Numbered from the stretch's first letter, positions 8,686-16,841 are shown. The stretch is DNA of 32,000 bases from Acholeplasma laidlawii PG-8A (GCF_000018785.1 NC_010163.1:1020001-1052000), one strand, 5' to 3'. Translations and numbers: made by a program. Notes: a model not told the origin generated them from the sequence alone.

Positions 8686-9318
8686 TTACACCATAACCTT
8701 TACACGGTATACGAGTGCATGATACACAGACTTTTGAGCCGTTGTAAGACCATCATAAGCGCCCCAAACATAAATGTATACACGTATAGATGATTCACCT
8801 TGAAGTGAAAATCCTGCTAAATTATGTTGATTCATCGCTGTAAACACACTACCAGTTGATTGGAAATATTGAAATCTATTTGCCATGTATACAGTTTGTG
8901 TTAATGTAGGATGTTCTTCTAGCACAAGATATTTTAAACCAGCTTGATTACCAGCATACACACCAAATTCAGGTGCTGCTACAACATTAAGTTGTAGATT
9001 CACATTCACTGATGTTAATCCTGGATTAGTAATAACAATTTCAAGTACTGATGCATATCCATAAAAGTTAAAACTTGTATCATTAAAATCACTATCATTT
9101 AAGTAAACTAAGTCTCTTATGCGATCTCCTAAAAAGATACCTTCAGTTTCAGCATCAATTTCTAAGACATCCTCATTACCCATTAATGAACCTTCAAAGT
9201 AATCTACATTTGCACGATTGCCATAGTCAATAAACCAAGCAAAAACGCCAGTTGCCATGGAAGCCACTGATACAAGTAAGAATATGATTAAGATAACTGA
9301 TCTTCTTAATGATTTCAT
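8686..9318 (-). CDS. SipW-dependent-type signal peptide protein (TasA/camelysin-like, small paralogue)
   Basis: N-terminus SMATGVFAWFIDYGNRANVDYFEGS. C-terminal VYIYVWGAYDG motif is shared in degenerate form with three paralogues upstream. GAAAGG RBS lies 5 nt from the ATG. Confidence 0.6.
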   Translation of the reverse strand: MKSLRRSVILIIFLLVSVASMATGVFAWFIDYGNRANVDYFEGSLMGNEDVLEIDAETEGIFLGDRIRDLVYLNDSDFNDTSFNFYGYASVLEIVITNPGLTSVNVNLQLNVVAAPEFGVYAGNQAGLKYLVLEEHPTLTQTVYMANRFQYFQSTGSVFTAMNQHNLAGFSLQGESSIRVYIYVWGAYDGLTTAQKSVYHALVYRVKVMV

Positions 9319-9333
9319 ACGTACCTTTCCGAT

Positions 9334-9399
9334 GCAACTGGCTGTCTATTACTAATTAGACCCTTTAGTTTTGCGTCCTTAAGTTACCTTAAGTTTGCC
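9334..9399 (-). promoter_or_regulatory. c-di-GMP-I (GEMM-I) riboswitch aptamer, intra-operon copy
   Basis: Minus strand reads GGCAAA-CUUAAG-GUAA-CUUAAG-GACGCAAAACUAAAGG-GUCUA-AUUAGUAA-UAGAC-AGCCAGUUGC. It has the GGCAAA, GNRA-capped P1 hairpin, GACGCAAA and CAGCC.GUUGC hallmarks of GEMM-I. It starts 3 nt after the sipW stop and ends about 6 nt before the RBS of the next gene. Confidence 0.75.
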
Positions 9400-9401
9400 T
9401 T

Positions 9402-9995
9402 TTAATCTTGACGTTTGTCGTTTTTTTGTTTTAATTCTTGTTTATATTTTTCTAAGTCTGTTTTATATTTATATTTTTGACGCTCAGTAATTTGATAAAT
9501 TACTATGAGTAGTTGAAAAATAAATATAAGTGCAATAATTAATATGATGATACCAATGACTAAGAGTCGTTCATTTACTAAATACCTTCCAATAAAACTA
9601 CCACCACTCCATACTACTTTAGATAAGTACTTTTCTTTGGTAATATAACCTTCAGTATCAAAATCACTTTCATCATTATTGACACCTTTTGTAATATAAC
9701 CTTCTGGGTTTTCAGAGATAATTTCATGGATTATAACTCGGTTATCCATAGATGTGAACGCAATGACATCTCCAATTTTCAAGTTATCAAATGCTACATC
9801 ATTCATAATAACAAAGTCCCCAACAAGGATTTCGGGTTCCATAGATGGTGTAAGTACTAAACCGTAACTAACACCTAAAATTGAAAATGGCTTTTTAGTT
9901 ATTTGACTTAATAAGGACATTGTAACAAATATGAGTGTGAAGAATATGATGATTGTTACAATAATCTTTTTAGTATGATTAATTGTCTTTTTCAT
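9402..9995 (-). CDS. sipW: Signal peptidase I, SipW (ER/archaeal S26B) type, paralogue 2
   Basis: N-terminal TM, LTPSMEPEILVGDFVIM (catalytic Ser box as in B. subtilis SipW SGSMEP), IIHEI (His box), KGVNNDESD, a C-terminal TM and a K/E-rich tail. ATGA overlap with the upstream gene. Confidence 0.8.
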   Translation of the reverse strand: MKKTINHTKKIIVTIIIFFTLIFVTMSLLSQITKKPFSILGVSYGLVLTPSMEPEILVGDFVIMNDVAFDNLKIGDVIAFTSMDNRVIIHEIISENPEGYITKGVNNDESDFDTEGYITKEKYLSKVVWSGGSFIGRYLVNERLLVIGIIILIIALIFIFQLLIVIYQITERQKYKYKTDLEKYKQELKQKNDKRQD

Positions 9996-11773
9996 TTACC
10001 TTTTTTTAAAGCAGCCATTGCTTTATCATGAGATGCTTTAATTTTCTCTTTTTGTTTATCAATGTATTGTTTTTGTTTTAACTTTTGCTTTTCTTTAGAA
10101 ATTCTAAGTTTTTCTTGAGCTTTTTCTTTACGTTTTCTTAGTCTTTCTAGTTCACGCTCAGCCTTACGTTTTTGAATATCTGCAATACGTTTAGCTTCTT
10201 TTTTGTATCTTTCACGATACTGTGTTTTTAATTCAAGCAACATTTCATTATCTTTTGCAACTTGAACCTTTTGTTCATCAAGCATTTCAACACGCTGTAA
10301 TTTTATGTACTCTTCATTTAGTTCACTAACTCTTTTAGCTTCTTTTTTAAGCTTTTCATCACTGTCTAGTTTAACAGACTTGAAGAATCTTTTTTGATAT
10401 CTAAGTGTTGTTTGATACCATTTTTTCTCTAGTGCGATTGCTTTTTTGTAATCAGCTTCTTTTAGTTGTCTTACGATAGATGCAATTTTAAATTTTTCAT
10501 CTGCACTATCTAAGTCATCTTTAGGGTTAGTTTCTTGAACTAATCTATCGAAGACATCATCGTCTTGATTGATTTCAAAATAAGATGCATAAAGACTGTT
10601 TGTTATTTCTATCGTATCTTTTAAAGCTTTTCTTAATGCGACTTCATATTTAGGTTCTGTCTGCATGTACTGATCAATAGTTTTCTTAAACATCTGTTTT
10701 GTCTTGTTTAAGTAAAATTCATTCATCAAAGTATCTTCAATTTTATAGCTTTCAGGATCGATTTTAAGTTCATCCGCAGTAAGTTTTATTTCTTCTGCTT
10801 TTTTCACCTTAAAACTTTTGGTTAATAACTTTTGGTCTTTTTCTCTTACAACATCATGAAACATCATGGTTGAGAATGCAAATAATGCATTTTGACTTAA
10901 GTGTTTACGATATGTTTCATTAAATCTTTTTTGTTTTACATCACGAATAAGTTCAAACCCTAAACTATTGTACTGGTCTAAGTATTGCCAGAGTAGGTAA
11001 CAATTTCGGTAGTTCGTATTTTTTAAGATGATTTGTGTTTTCATGATTGGGGCTTTTACCTTTCGGTAATTGCGCATCGTCTTCATGAATTCAGTATTTA
11101 AAGCATTTGCTAACTTTTTGTGAAGTTCTTGTGCACGTGCTAATAACTTTTGATTATCTTCTTCAATTTTACCTTGATCGATAGTTTGAACTTCTCTTAA
11201 ATCTATATTAATTTCATATTTTGAATTATCTATGGATAACTCAATGGTATTATTTAACTCTTTAATCTTTTTAGTATTAACGTCTTCTTCAAGTATTCTC
11301 ATACGTCTTGAGACAAAATCTACTAAACGTTGAATCAGAGTTGCAACAAATCTATTTTCATAAATACCAAACTCATCTTCTGAAAATTCAACTAAAAGCT
11401 TTTTAGGCATAACCTCAGTTGTTGGTTGATCTTTGTCTGGTAGTTTGAGTAAGTGTGTATTTGCAGCTAAGTGTCTAACAGTTCTAGATGTAGTTTTCTT
11501 TGCTTTTTCAACAATTACGACTTCCTCTTCAACTCTTAAGGCTGATTTGTAGTTTCGTAATATTTTATCTACATAAGGATAGTATGATTCAATAGCAAAT
11601 ATCCAGTGATCATCGAACTTTTTTGTTTCTGTTGTCTCTACTTGCTTAAGTTTATTTACGCCATCATATAAACCTTGATAAAAGTAAACAGGAAAGTCAG
11701 TATCTTCTTCGAGTTCATCAAGTCTTGAGATTAACATGGTGTAGAATAAATCTAAATCATAGCTATTTTTCAA
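9992..11773 (-). CDS. Cytoplasmic 593-aa partner protein: McrC/DUF2357-like N-terminal region, no recognisable nuclease motif, long K/E-rich coiled-coil C-terminus
   Basis: TTG start with a GAAAGG RBS, 15 nt after the ATPase stop. The FGIYENRFVATLIQRLVDF and NYRNCYLLWQYL motifs resemble the ENRF.. and Y..l..lW..L motifs that I recall from McrC/DUF2357 proteins. I see no PD-(D/E)xK-like D...(D/E)xK block. The last 130 aa or so are a K/E/R-rich heptad-like sequence (KRKAERELERLRKRKEKAQEKL...). Confidence 0.45.
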   Translation of the reverse strand: MKNSYDLDLFYTMLISRLDELEEDTDFPVYFYQGLYDGVNKLKQVETTETKKFDDHWIFAIESYYPYVDKILRNYKSALRVEEEVVIVEKAKKTTSRTVRHLAANTHLLKLPDKDQPTTEVMPKKLLVEFSEDEFGIYENRFVATLIQRLVDFVSRRMRILEEDVNTKKIKELNNTIELSIDNSKYEINIDLREVQTIDQGKIEEDNQKLLARAQELHKKLANALNTEFMKTMRNYRKVKAPIMKTQIILKNTNYRNCYLLWQYLDQYNSLGFELIRDVKQKRFNETYRKHLSQNALFAFSTMMFHDVVREKDQKLLTKSFKVKKAEEIKLTADELKIDPESYKIEDTLMNEFYLNKTKQMFKKTIDQYMQTEPKYEVALRKALKDTIEITNSLYASYFEINQDDDVFDRLVQETNPKDDLDSADEKFKIASIVRQLKEADYKKAIALEKKWYQTTLRYQKRFFKSVKLDSDEKLKKEAKRVSELNEEYIKLQRVEMLDEQKVQVAKDNEMLLELKTQYRERYKKEAKRIADIQKRKAERELERLRKRKEKAQEKLRISKEKQKLKQKQYIDKQKEKIKASHDKAMAALKKGK

Positions 11774-11788
11774 ATAGAGTCAACCTTT

Positions 11789-13339
11789 CTACATTTGTTT
11801 CTTATAGTTGTTAATCATATTACGTGCTTCAGTAAATGATTGTTTACCAAATAGTTTATCAATTAAAGCAATAAGCTCATCTAATTCTTTTCTTAAGAAT
11901 GGTAAGTTTAAGAACTCAAATTTACGTAATACTTTTCTAGTTATAATATAATCAAGACCATCTACCTCAGATTGTCCACAAGCAACGAATATTGGCACAA
12001 ATGTATTGATTTGTTTCATAATACGGTTACCAAATGTAATTTGGAAATTTTGCGTAATGAACTCATCTATTTTTTTAAGATTTTCTAATGATTTTTGAGA
12101 AATCGGGTTCATTTTTACTGCTTCTTTAAATAATGCATCCATGTAATCATGTGTGACATGAATTGAATCTGTGAATGGTGCATCAATGTAATCTGCTCTT
12201 ACAGATAATTCAATAGATGCAGCACGGTCATATACTTTATCTGTGATTGCAAATGTTGAGTCATCACGGTTAGCTGTACCTATGAACCAAATATTTGGTG
12301 GTAACAGTAGTTTTCCTTCTTTTAAGTGTATTGGATCACCTGGAACAGTATCTGATGTAATATCAATTTCCCATTCACTTGTATTTGGCATTTCCAATAT
12401 AGATAAGAAGTCAGCAAAGTAGTATTCAACACGCGCTAAGTTCATCTCATCTAATACAATAAAGTTTAGGTCAGTACGGTAAGTGGCTTCATAAATAGAT
12501 TTTAAGAAGTCAGTCTCATTAAATTTTTTGGTAAATTCATTTAGATATCCAATCATTTCTGCGCGATCACGCCATGATGGCTGCACAGAAATGATTGAAG
12601 TATCGTTATTAAAGAATTTCCCCATAGAATAAGGTAGAGACGTTTTACCAGTACCTGAGATCCCTTCTAAGATAATAATCTTTGAAGACCCCATACCTGC
12701 AAAAAATATTGAAACAATTTTTGGCGAATAAAATAATTTTAATTGTGATGCTGCAAAGTTAATAAATCTATCAACAAGTTGATTTAAGTTAAGCATATCT
12801 GACTCTGTCATGTTGGTTTGAAGTACTTGCATATGGTAAGTTTCATCCACTGCAATAAGCTTTGTAAAACGTGAAGTTTGTTCTTCTAACTTTTCATCCT
12901 CTTCCTCGTTTAACTTAGCTAATGTACCGGTTACACTACGACGATTCATAGGTAATCCTAGGTCACTTGATTTAAGTGTTAATATTGCATTTTTTTCATC
13001 AGTTACATCAATCAGTTTTTGATTAAGTTCTGTGATTTCAATTAAAAGATCGTCTTTAGAAACTTCCTTTTTCACGAATCTAAAATATCTACGCAATAGT
13101 ACGATGATAAAGTAAGCTAGTGATACAATAAATATGAAATTGATGATTAGTATTAATATACCAATGATCCAGTCCAAAGCGTTAAAGTTCATGCTTGCAT
13201 TTACAAATGAATCTAACATGTTCGATGGATTTACCCATAAAGCATAGTAGAATGCATTAAATATGGTTGCAAAGAATGATGCTACATACTCAAAAACAGT
13301 TTGGATGAATTCTATGTACCAAGTTGCAAACTCACTCAT
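11789..13339 (-). CDS. Membrane-anchored McrB-like AAA+ (AAA_5) NTPase
   Basis: Two N-terminal hydrophobic helices (about aa 15-35 and 57-82), then a coiled-coil linker. Walker A IILEGISGTGKTS (nt 12641-12664), SVQPSWRDRAEMIGYL, Walker B/McrB-type FIVLDEMNLARVEYYFADFLSILE, and LLLPPNIWFIGTANRDDSTFAITDKVYDRA (compare McrB iP.N.yiiGTMNtaDrs...D.AlrRRF). Confidence 0.7.
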   Translation of the reverse strand: MSEFATWYIEFIQTVFEYVASFFATIFNAFYYALWVNPSNMLDSFVNASMNFNALDWIIGILILIINFIFIVSLAYFIIVLLRRYFRFVKKEVSKDDLLIEITELNQKLIDVTDEKNAILTLKSSDLGLPMNRRSVTGTLAKLNEEEDEKLEEQTSRFTKLIAVDETYHMQVLQTNMTESDMLNLNQLVDRFINFAASQLKLFYSPKIVSIFFAGMGSSKIIILEGISGTGKTSLPYSMGKFFNNDTSIISVQPSWRDRAEMIGYLNEFTKKFNETDFLKSIYEATYRTDLNFIVLDEMNLARVEYYFADFLSILEMPNTSEWEIDITSDTVPGDPIHLKEGKLLLPPNIWFIGTANRDDSTFAITDKVYDRAASIELSVRADYIDAPFTDSIHVTHDYMDALFKEAVKMNPISQKSLENLKKIDEFITQNFQITFGNRIMKQINTFVPIFVACGQSEVDGLDYIITRKVLRKFEFLNLPFLRKELDELIALIDKLFGKQSFTEARNMINNYKKQM

Positions 13340-13368
13340 AATTGACCTTCTTATTTTATGTTAATAGT

Positions 13369-14058
13369 TTATTTTTTGTTGCTGTGTTTTTCTAATAATT
13401 CTTTTTCTAATTCTAAACGAAGTGCTTCTTTTTCAAGAGCATATTTTAATTCTAACTTTTCTTTGTTGCGTCTTAATATATATCTAATTAAGATAACAGC
13501 TTCAAATGTAAATAGAATAAACAGTGGTAAGATGACATAGAATACTAATCCGTTTGGCGTACGTATTTCTTGAATTGCACTACCAACACCAGACCAATGT
13601 CCTGTATATCTTCCTATAACATCATCTAGACTAGATGCTTCTAATTGCATATTAGGATCAAAGTTTGTACCATCAAATGAGCCGTACATACGTGCATTGA
13701 CATCACCTTGAGTTACTACTGTGTCTCCTGTAATAGTTTTGATTCTATGGATGATATGTATACGTTGAACGTTATCATAAAATACAATGATTTGACCAAC
13801 TTCTAAGTTTTGTTTTTGACTATCACTTAGAATATCTATAAATACTAGGGAGCCTGTATCAAAGTTGTCTTTCTCTTCACCTTCCATCGATCCAGATAGA
13901 ATAGAAACGAAGCCTTTACCAAAAATATTCGGTAAATCTTTTTCGGTTCTAACTGTTAGGTTGGATATTGAAAAGAGTAATAACATTAAGAGTAATAGAT
14001 AAAATACAACATTACCCACAATCCCTAAATACTTAAAGACTCGTTGTTTACTTGACAT
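13369..14058 (-). CDS. sipW: Signal peptidase I, SipW type, paralogue 1
   Basis: ILSGSMEGEE (Ser box), IHIIHRIKT (His box), TQGDVN and VIGRY all parallel B. subtilis SipW. C-terminal TM followed by a K/E-rich tail (LELKYALEKEALRLELEKELLEK). Confidence 0.85.
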   Translation of the reverse strand: MSSKQRVFKYLGIVGNVVFYLLLLMLLLFSISNLTVRTEKDLPNIFGKGFVSILSGSMEGEEKDNFDTGSLVFIDILSDSQKQNLEVGQIIVFYDNVQRIHIIHRIKTITGDTVVTQGDVNARMYGSFDGTNFDPNMQLEASSLDDVIGRYTGHWSGVGSAIQEIRTPNGLVFYVILPLFILFTFEAVILIRYILRRNKEKLELKYALEKEALRLELEKELLEKHSNKK

Positions 14059-14115
14059 GTGATATACCTCGTTTTAATTTTATGATTATATCATACCACT
14101 TTTAATTTAATTTAT

Positions 14116-14149
14116 GAAGAAAACCTTAATTGATTTCAAGGTTTTCTTC
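14116..14149 (-). terminator. Strong hairpin after the putative major subunit gene (partial terminator/attenuator)
   Basis: Perfect 12-bp inverted repeat GAAGAAAACCTT (14116-14127) / AAGGTTTTCTTC (14138-14149), 17 nt beyond the stop at 14166. The trailing U-tract on the minus strand is weak (AUAAAUUAAAUU). Confidence 0.5.
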
Positions 14150-14165
14150 AATATAATCAATAATA

Positions 14166-15077
14166 TTAAGCTGTTGCAGTAAAATTAAAGTTAACTGTTA
14201 AAACACCAGAAAGAATCGCGTTAAATGCTTCTTGATCCCAACCTTCAACCCAAACTCTAACTGTAATAGCTCCAACTTTTGCACTTGAACCACCAATTGC
14301 AGTTAATGATGATGTATCATAAGTATATCCTGAAATTACAGTTCCGTTCGGATTTAGTGCAGCAACAACTACAGTAAGTCCATTACCAGCTTGTTCTGTT
14401 GGTTTAAGAGCTAATGCAGCAGCAGCTGTATCAAAGTCGTTTTCAACAAGATCAGTATCCATGATAGCGTTATAGAATAAGATAGCTTCATTTGTAGCAT
14501 AAGTTCCAAAACCTAGACTATTTGTGTCAGTACCAACACTTTGCTCAAAAATTGTTGATGTTGTAGTAGTAATCATATCTTGGAAACTTACTCTTGCTGC
14601 ATTTGACACATAATCAAGGATTGGTGTATTTGCATCTGGAGCACCTGTTTGTCTAGTACCTGGTACATATATACCTGGAATCCAAGAAGTTTGTGTACCA
14701 CTAAGTGTTAATGAATCTATAATGATATTATTTAGGTTTGCAGAACCTGCAAACAATAAGTCAAATTCAATGAATCCAGCAGTTGCAGCTGTACTAGATC
14801 CTAGATCATATAAAGCTATACCATCTTGTGATGTTAATGGAACAAATGTTACAGCACCTGCAGCTGTTTGCATTTCAGTAGTTGTTAAAGTGTTTTTCCA
14901 AGTAGTTCCATCAAGTGAAACATAGAAACCTTCTCCGGTTTGAACTGTACCTGTGAAAGCTTCAATAGTCGCTCTATTATTAATTGTGAACCATGCTAAT
15001 ACCCCTACGGATAAAGCCACGCCTGTTAGTACTAATGCTAGTACCGACATAACTAATTTATTTGTTAATGATTTCAT
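14166..15077 (-). CDS. TasA-like fibre protein, probable major subunit (SipW-dependent signal peptide)
   Basis: Strongest RBS in the locus (TAAGGAGAGGAAAAAA-ATG). LSVGVLAWFTINNRATIEAFTGTVQTG parallels TasA GGTWAAFNDIKSKDATFASGTLDL. The mature part is T/A/G-rich with few charged residues. It ends VRVWVEGWDQEAFNAILSGVLTVNFNFTATA (compare the TasA C-terminal strand IKLQFSFEATQ). Confidence 0.7.
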   Translation of the reverse strand: MKSLTNKLVMSVLALVLTGVALSVGVLAWFTINNRATIEAFTGTVQTGEGFYVSLDGTTWKNTLTTTEMQTAAGAVTFVPLTSQDGIALYDLGSSTAATAGFIEFDLLFAGSANLNNIIIDSLTLSGTQTSWIPGIYVPGTRQTGAPDANTPILDYVSNAARVSFQDMITTTTSTIFEQSVGTDTNSLGFGTYATNEAILFYNAIMDTDLVENDFDTAAAALALKPTEQAGNGLTVVVAALNPNGTVISGYTYDTSSLTAIGGSSAKVGAITVRVWVEGWDQEAFNAILSGVLTVNFNFTATA

Positions 15078-15157
15078 TTTTTTCCTCTCCTTATTTAGGG
15101 AATTTTTTATTATTTATTTTTGTTACTTGGCTTTTAACCATTTATAACCTTATATTT

Positions 15158-16105
15158 TTATGATGCTTCAACATATCTGGCTGATCTTATATTTAAACTA
15201 ATAAGTAGTTTATCATCTAGTATCGGATCAAATGCATCTGCATCCCATCCTTCTAGCCAAATATTAATTGTTGTCATACCTTGATAAATGTAAGTTCCAT
15301 TATCTTCTGATATGAGTTGTAACTCTGCAAGTAAGCTTGTTTTATCTAGTGCTATATCATCTTGCAGTGGTGAAAATTTTGATAATTCATAGATTTCATT
15401 CGTTGGTGCTGGTGGTATTTGTAATTCAATACCTAAGCGCTTCATGAAATAATCATATGCTCCAAATACTTTTCCAAATCCTCGGTATCTATCTTCAGAT
15501 ACATCATATATGAATGATATATCAGGGTTTGGACTATCACTTGAAATTCTAACAGCATTTTTAGCATAATACAAACGATTTGTACCTGCAGGTATGATAC
15601 CCATACCATCATGAAATGCGATTGGGTTGGTCCATCTATTACCTTTAGATGTAACATATGTACCTTTTAGAGTAGATGCTTCATCATATACAGGATCAAT
15701 TTTATTTGATAGGTATATGAATTTTTGGTGTGCTCTTACATTTGGATTATCACTTGTTAATCTAAAATATAGATCAAAGGATATATAATCATCATTCTTA
15801 GTTGCCCTTTTAGTTAATTCATAAGGACCTTTGAAGAAGTTTTTACCATCTTGTGAAGTAATTGATGATAATACTGGGTTTTTACCAATAACATCCGATA
15901 ACATCTTATTATCTATAGTTTTATGATAAGTAATACCATCTAGTGACAGTTGAATGTTATCGTCTAATGAAATACCTATTTCAATAGCCTCAATCATATT
16001 TGTCTTAGATATTGAAAACCATGCATATACTGTAGTAGATAGTGTAATTGTTACACACATAAACGATATAATGAGTAAATAAAATTTCTTATGCATTTTA
16101 TTCAC
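15158..16105 (-). CDS. TasA-like fibre protein paralogue (SipW-dependent signal peptide)
   Basis: N-terminus LSTTVYAWFSISKTNMIEAIEIG. C-terminal INIWLEGWDADAFDPI motif is shared with the major subunit. 8-nt overlap with the upstream gene. Confidence 0.65.
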   Translation of the reverse strand: MNKMHKKFYLLIISFMCVTITLSTTVYAWFSISKTNMIEAIEIGISLDDNIQLSLDGITYHKTIDNKMLSDVIGKNPVLSSITSQDGKNFFKGPYELTKRATKNDDYISFDLYFRLTSDNPNVRAHQKFIYLSNKIDPVYDEASTLKGTYVTSKGNRWTNPIAFHDGMGIIPAGTNRLYYAKNAVRISSDSPNPDISFIYDVSEDRYRGFGKVFGAYDYFMKRLGIELQIPPAPTNEIYELSKFSPLQDDIALDKTSLLAELQLISEDNGTYIYQGMTTINIWLEGWDADAFDPILDDKLLISLNIRSARYVEAS

Positions 16106-16841
16106 CTGTTACACTTAAGATCATATTTAACTTTAATGATCCTCCAAGTAACTCTTCTTCAGTATATTTACCTATTTTTGATGTTAAATATTCTTCCAAA
16201 TATCCATCAATCCAAATAAATACTGTAACCTTTGAAACATCGCCTGCTTTGAGTTCAAATATATTTGAATCCACTGCAACCGAATTACTTCTAAACCTTA
16301 AGGATGAAACGTCATCTATTCTAAATGGTTGGAATTCATAGACATCTCTTACATCATCAACTACGACCATAATTCTTAAGTGTTCTTCAATATGATTATT
16401 TAATTCTTCAAACACTATTTTGTAGTTAATACGGTTTATTGTAGCTGTTTGATTCATGTTTTTAACATAAAATGTAAATGCTACAACTTCTCTATCTTTA
16501 TCTAAAACATTTTTTAGATAATATCCATTTGTATTTAGCGCTTCTTGATAGTGAAATGCCATAATACCCGAATAAGATGCTTGATTGACAAACGCAGTAC
16601 CTGGATACCTTAACACAGTTCTTGTATCTTTAAAATCTTCTGTTTCAGAGATTCTAATTGAGTGTCCACTAAAGTCATCAATCCTAACTGAGTAGTCTCC
16701 GGTATTTTGCCCATAAAACGATACAACACCTAATGTTAAGGATAGAAATCCAAATAACGGTATGAGCAGGAATATGAATTTAGATGTTCTGGTTGATCTT
16801 CTAATAGTGCTATTGATCCCCCAAAATTTAGTTGTCCTCAT
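16098..16841 (-). CDS. Divergent TasA-like paralogue with an atypical, possibly uncleaved, signal anchor
   Basis: Basic N-terminus plus TM (FIFLLIPLFGFLSLTLGVVSFYGQNTGD), with SFYGQ where the paralogues have AWF(T/S). C-terminal VTVFIWIDGYLEEY matches the family motif. First gene after the riboswitches (GAGGA RBS). Confidence 0.5.
   Translation of the reverse strand: MRTTKFWGINSTIRRSTRTSKFIFLLIPLFGFLSLTLGVVSFYGQNTGDYSVRIDDFSGHSIRISETEDFKDTRTVLRYPGTAFVNQASYSGIMAFHYQEALNTNGYYLKNVLDKDREVVAFTFYVKNMNQTATINRINYKIVFEELNNHIEEHLRIMVVVDDVRDVYEFQPFRIDDVSSLRFRSNSVAVDSNIFELKAGDVSKVTVFIWIDGYLEEYLTSKIGKYTEEELLGGSLKLNMILSVTGE

Noticed and set aside
9992-13339. Reading the McrB-like ATPase and its partner as a conventional McrBC/type IV restriction system inserted in the operon
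   Set aside because: It is not adopted as the primary call for three reasons. The ATPase has TM helices instead of a DNA-reader domain. I see no PD-(D/E)xK motif in the partner. Both genes are start/stop-coupled to the flanking sipW genes. It cannot be excluded without profile searches, so it is stated as the refuting scenario in the finding.
15078-15157. Internal promoter for the major subunit gene (TTAAAA-17-AATAAT on the minus strand)
   Set aside because: Both hexamers are weak and the region is nearly all A/T, so such matches are expected by chance. There is no independent support.
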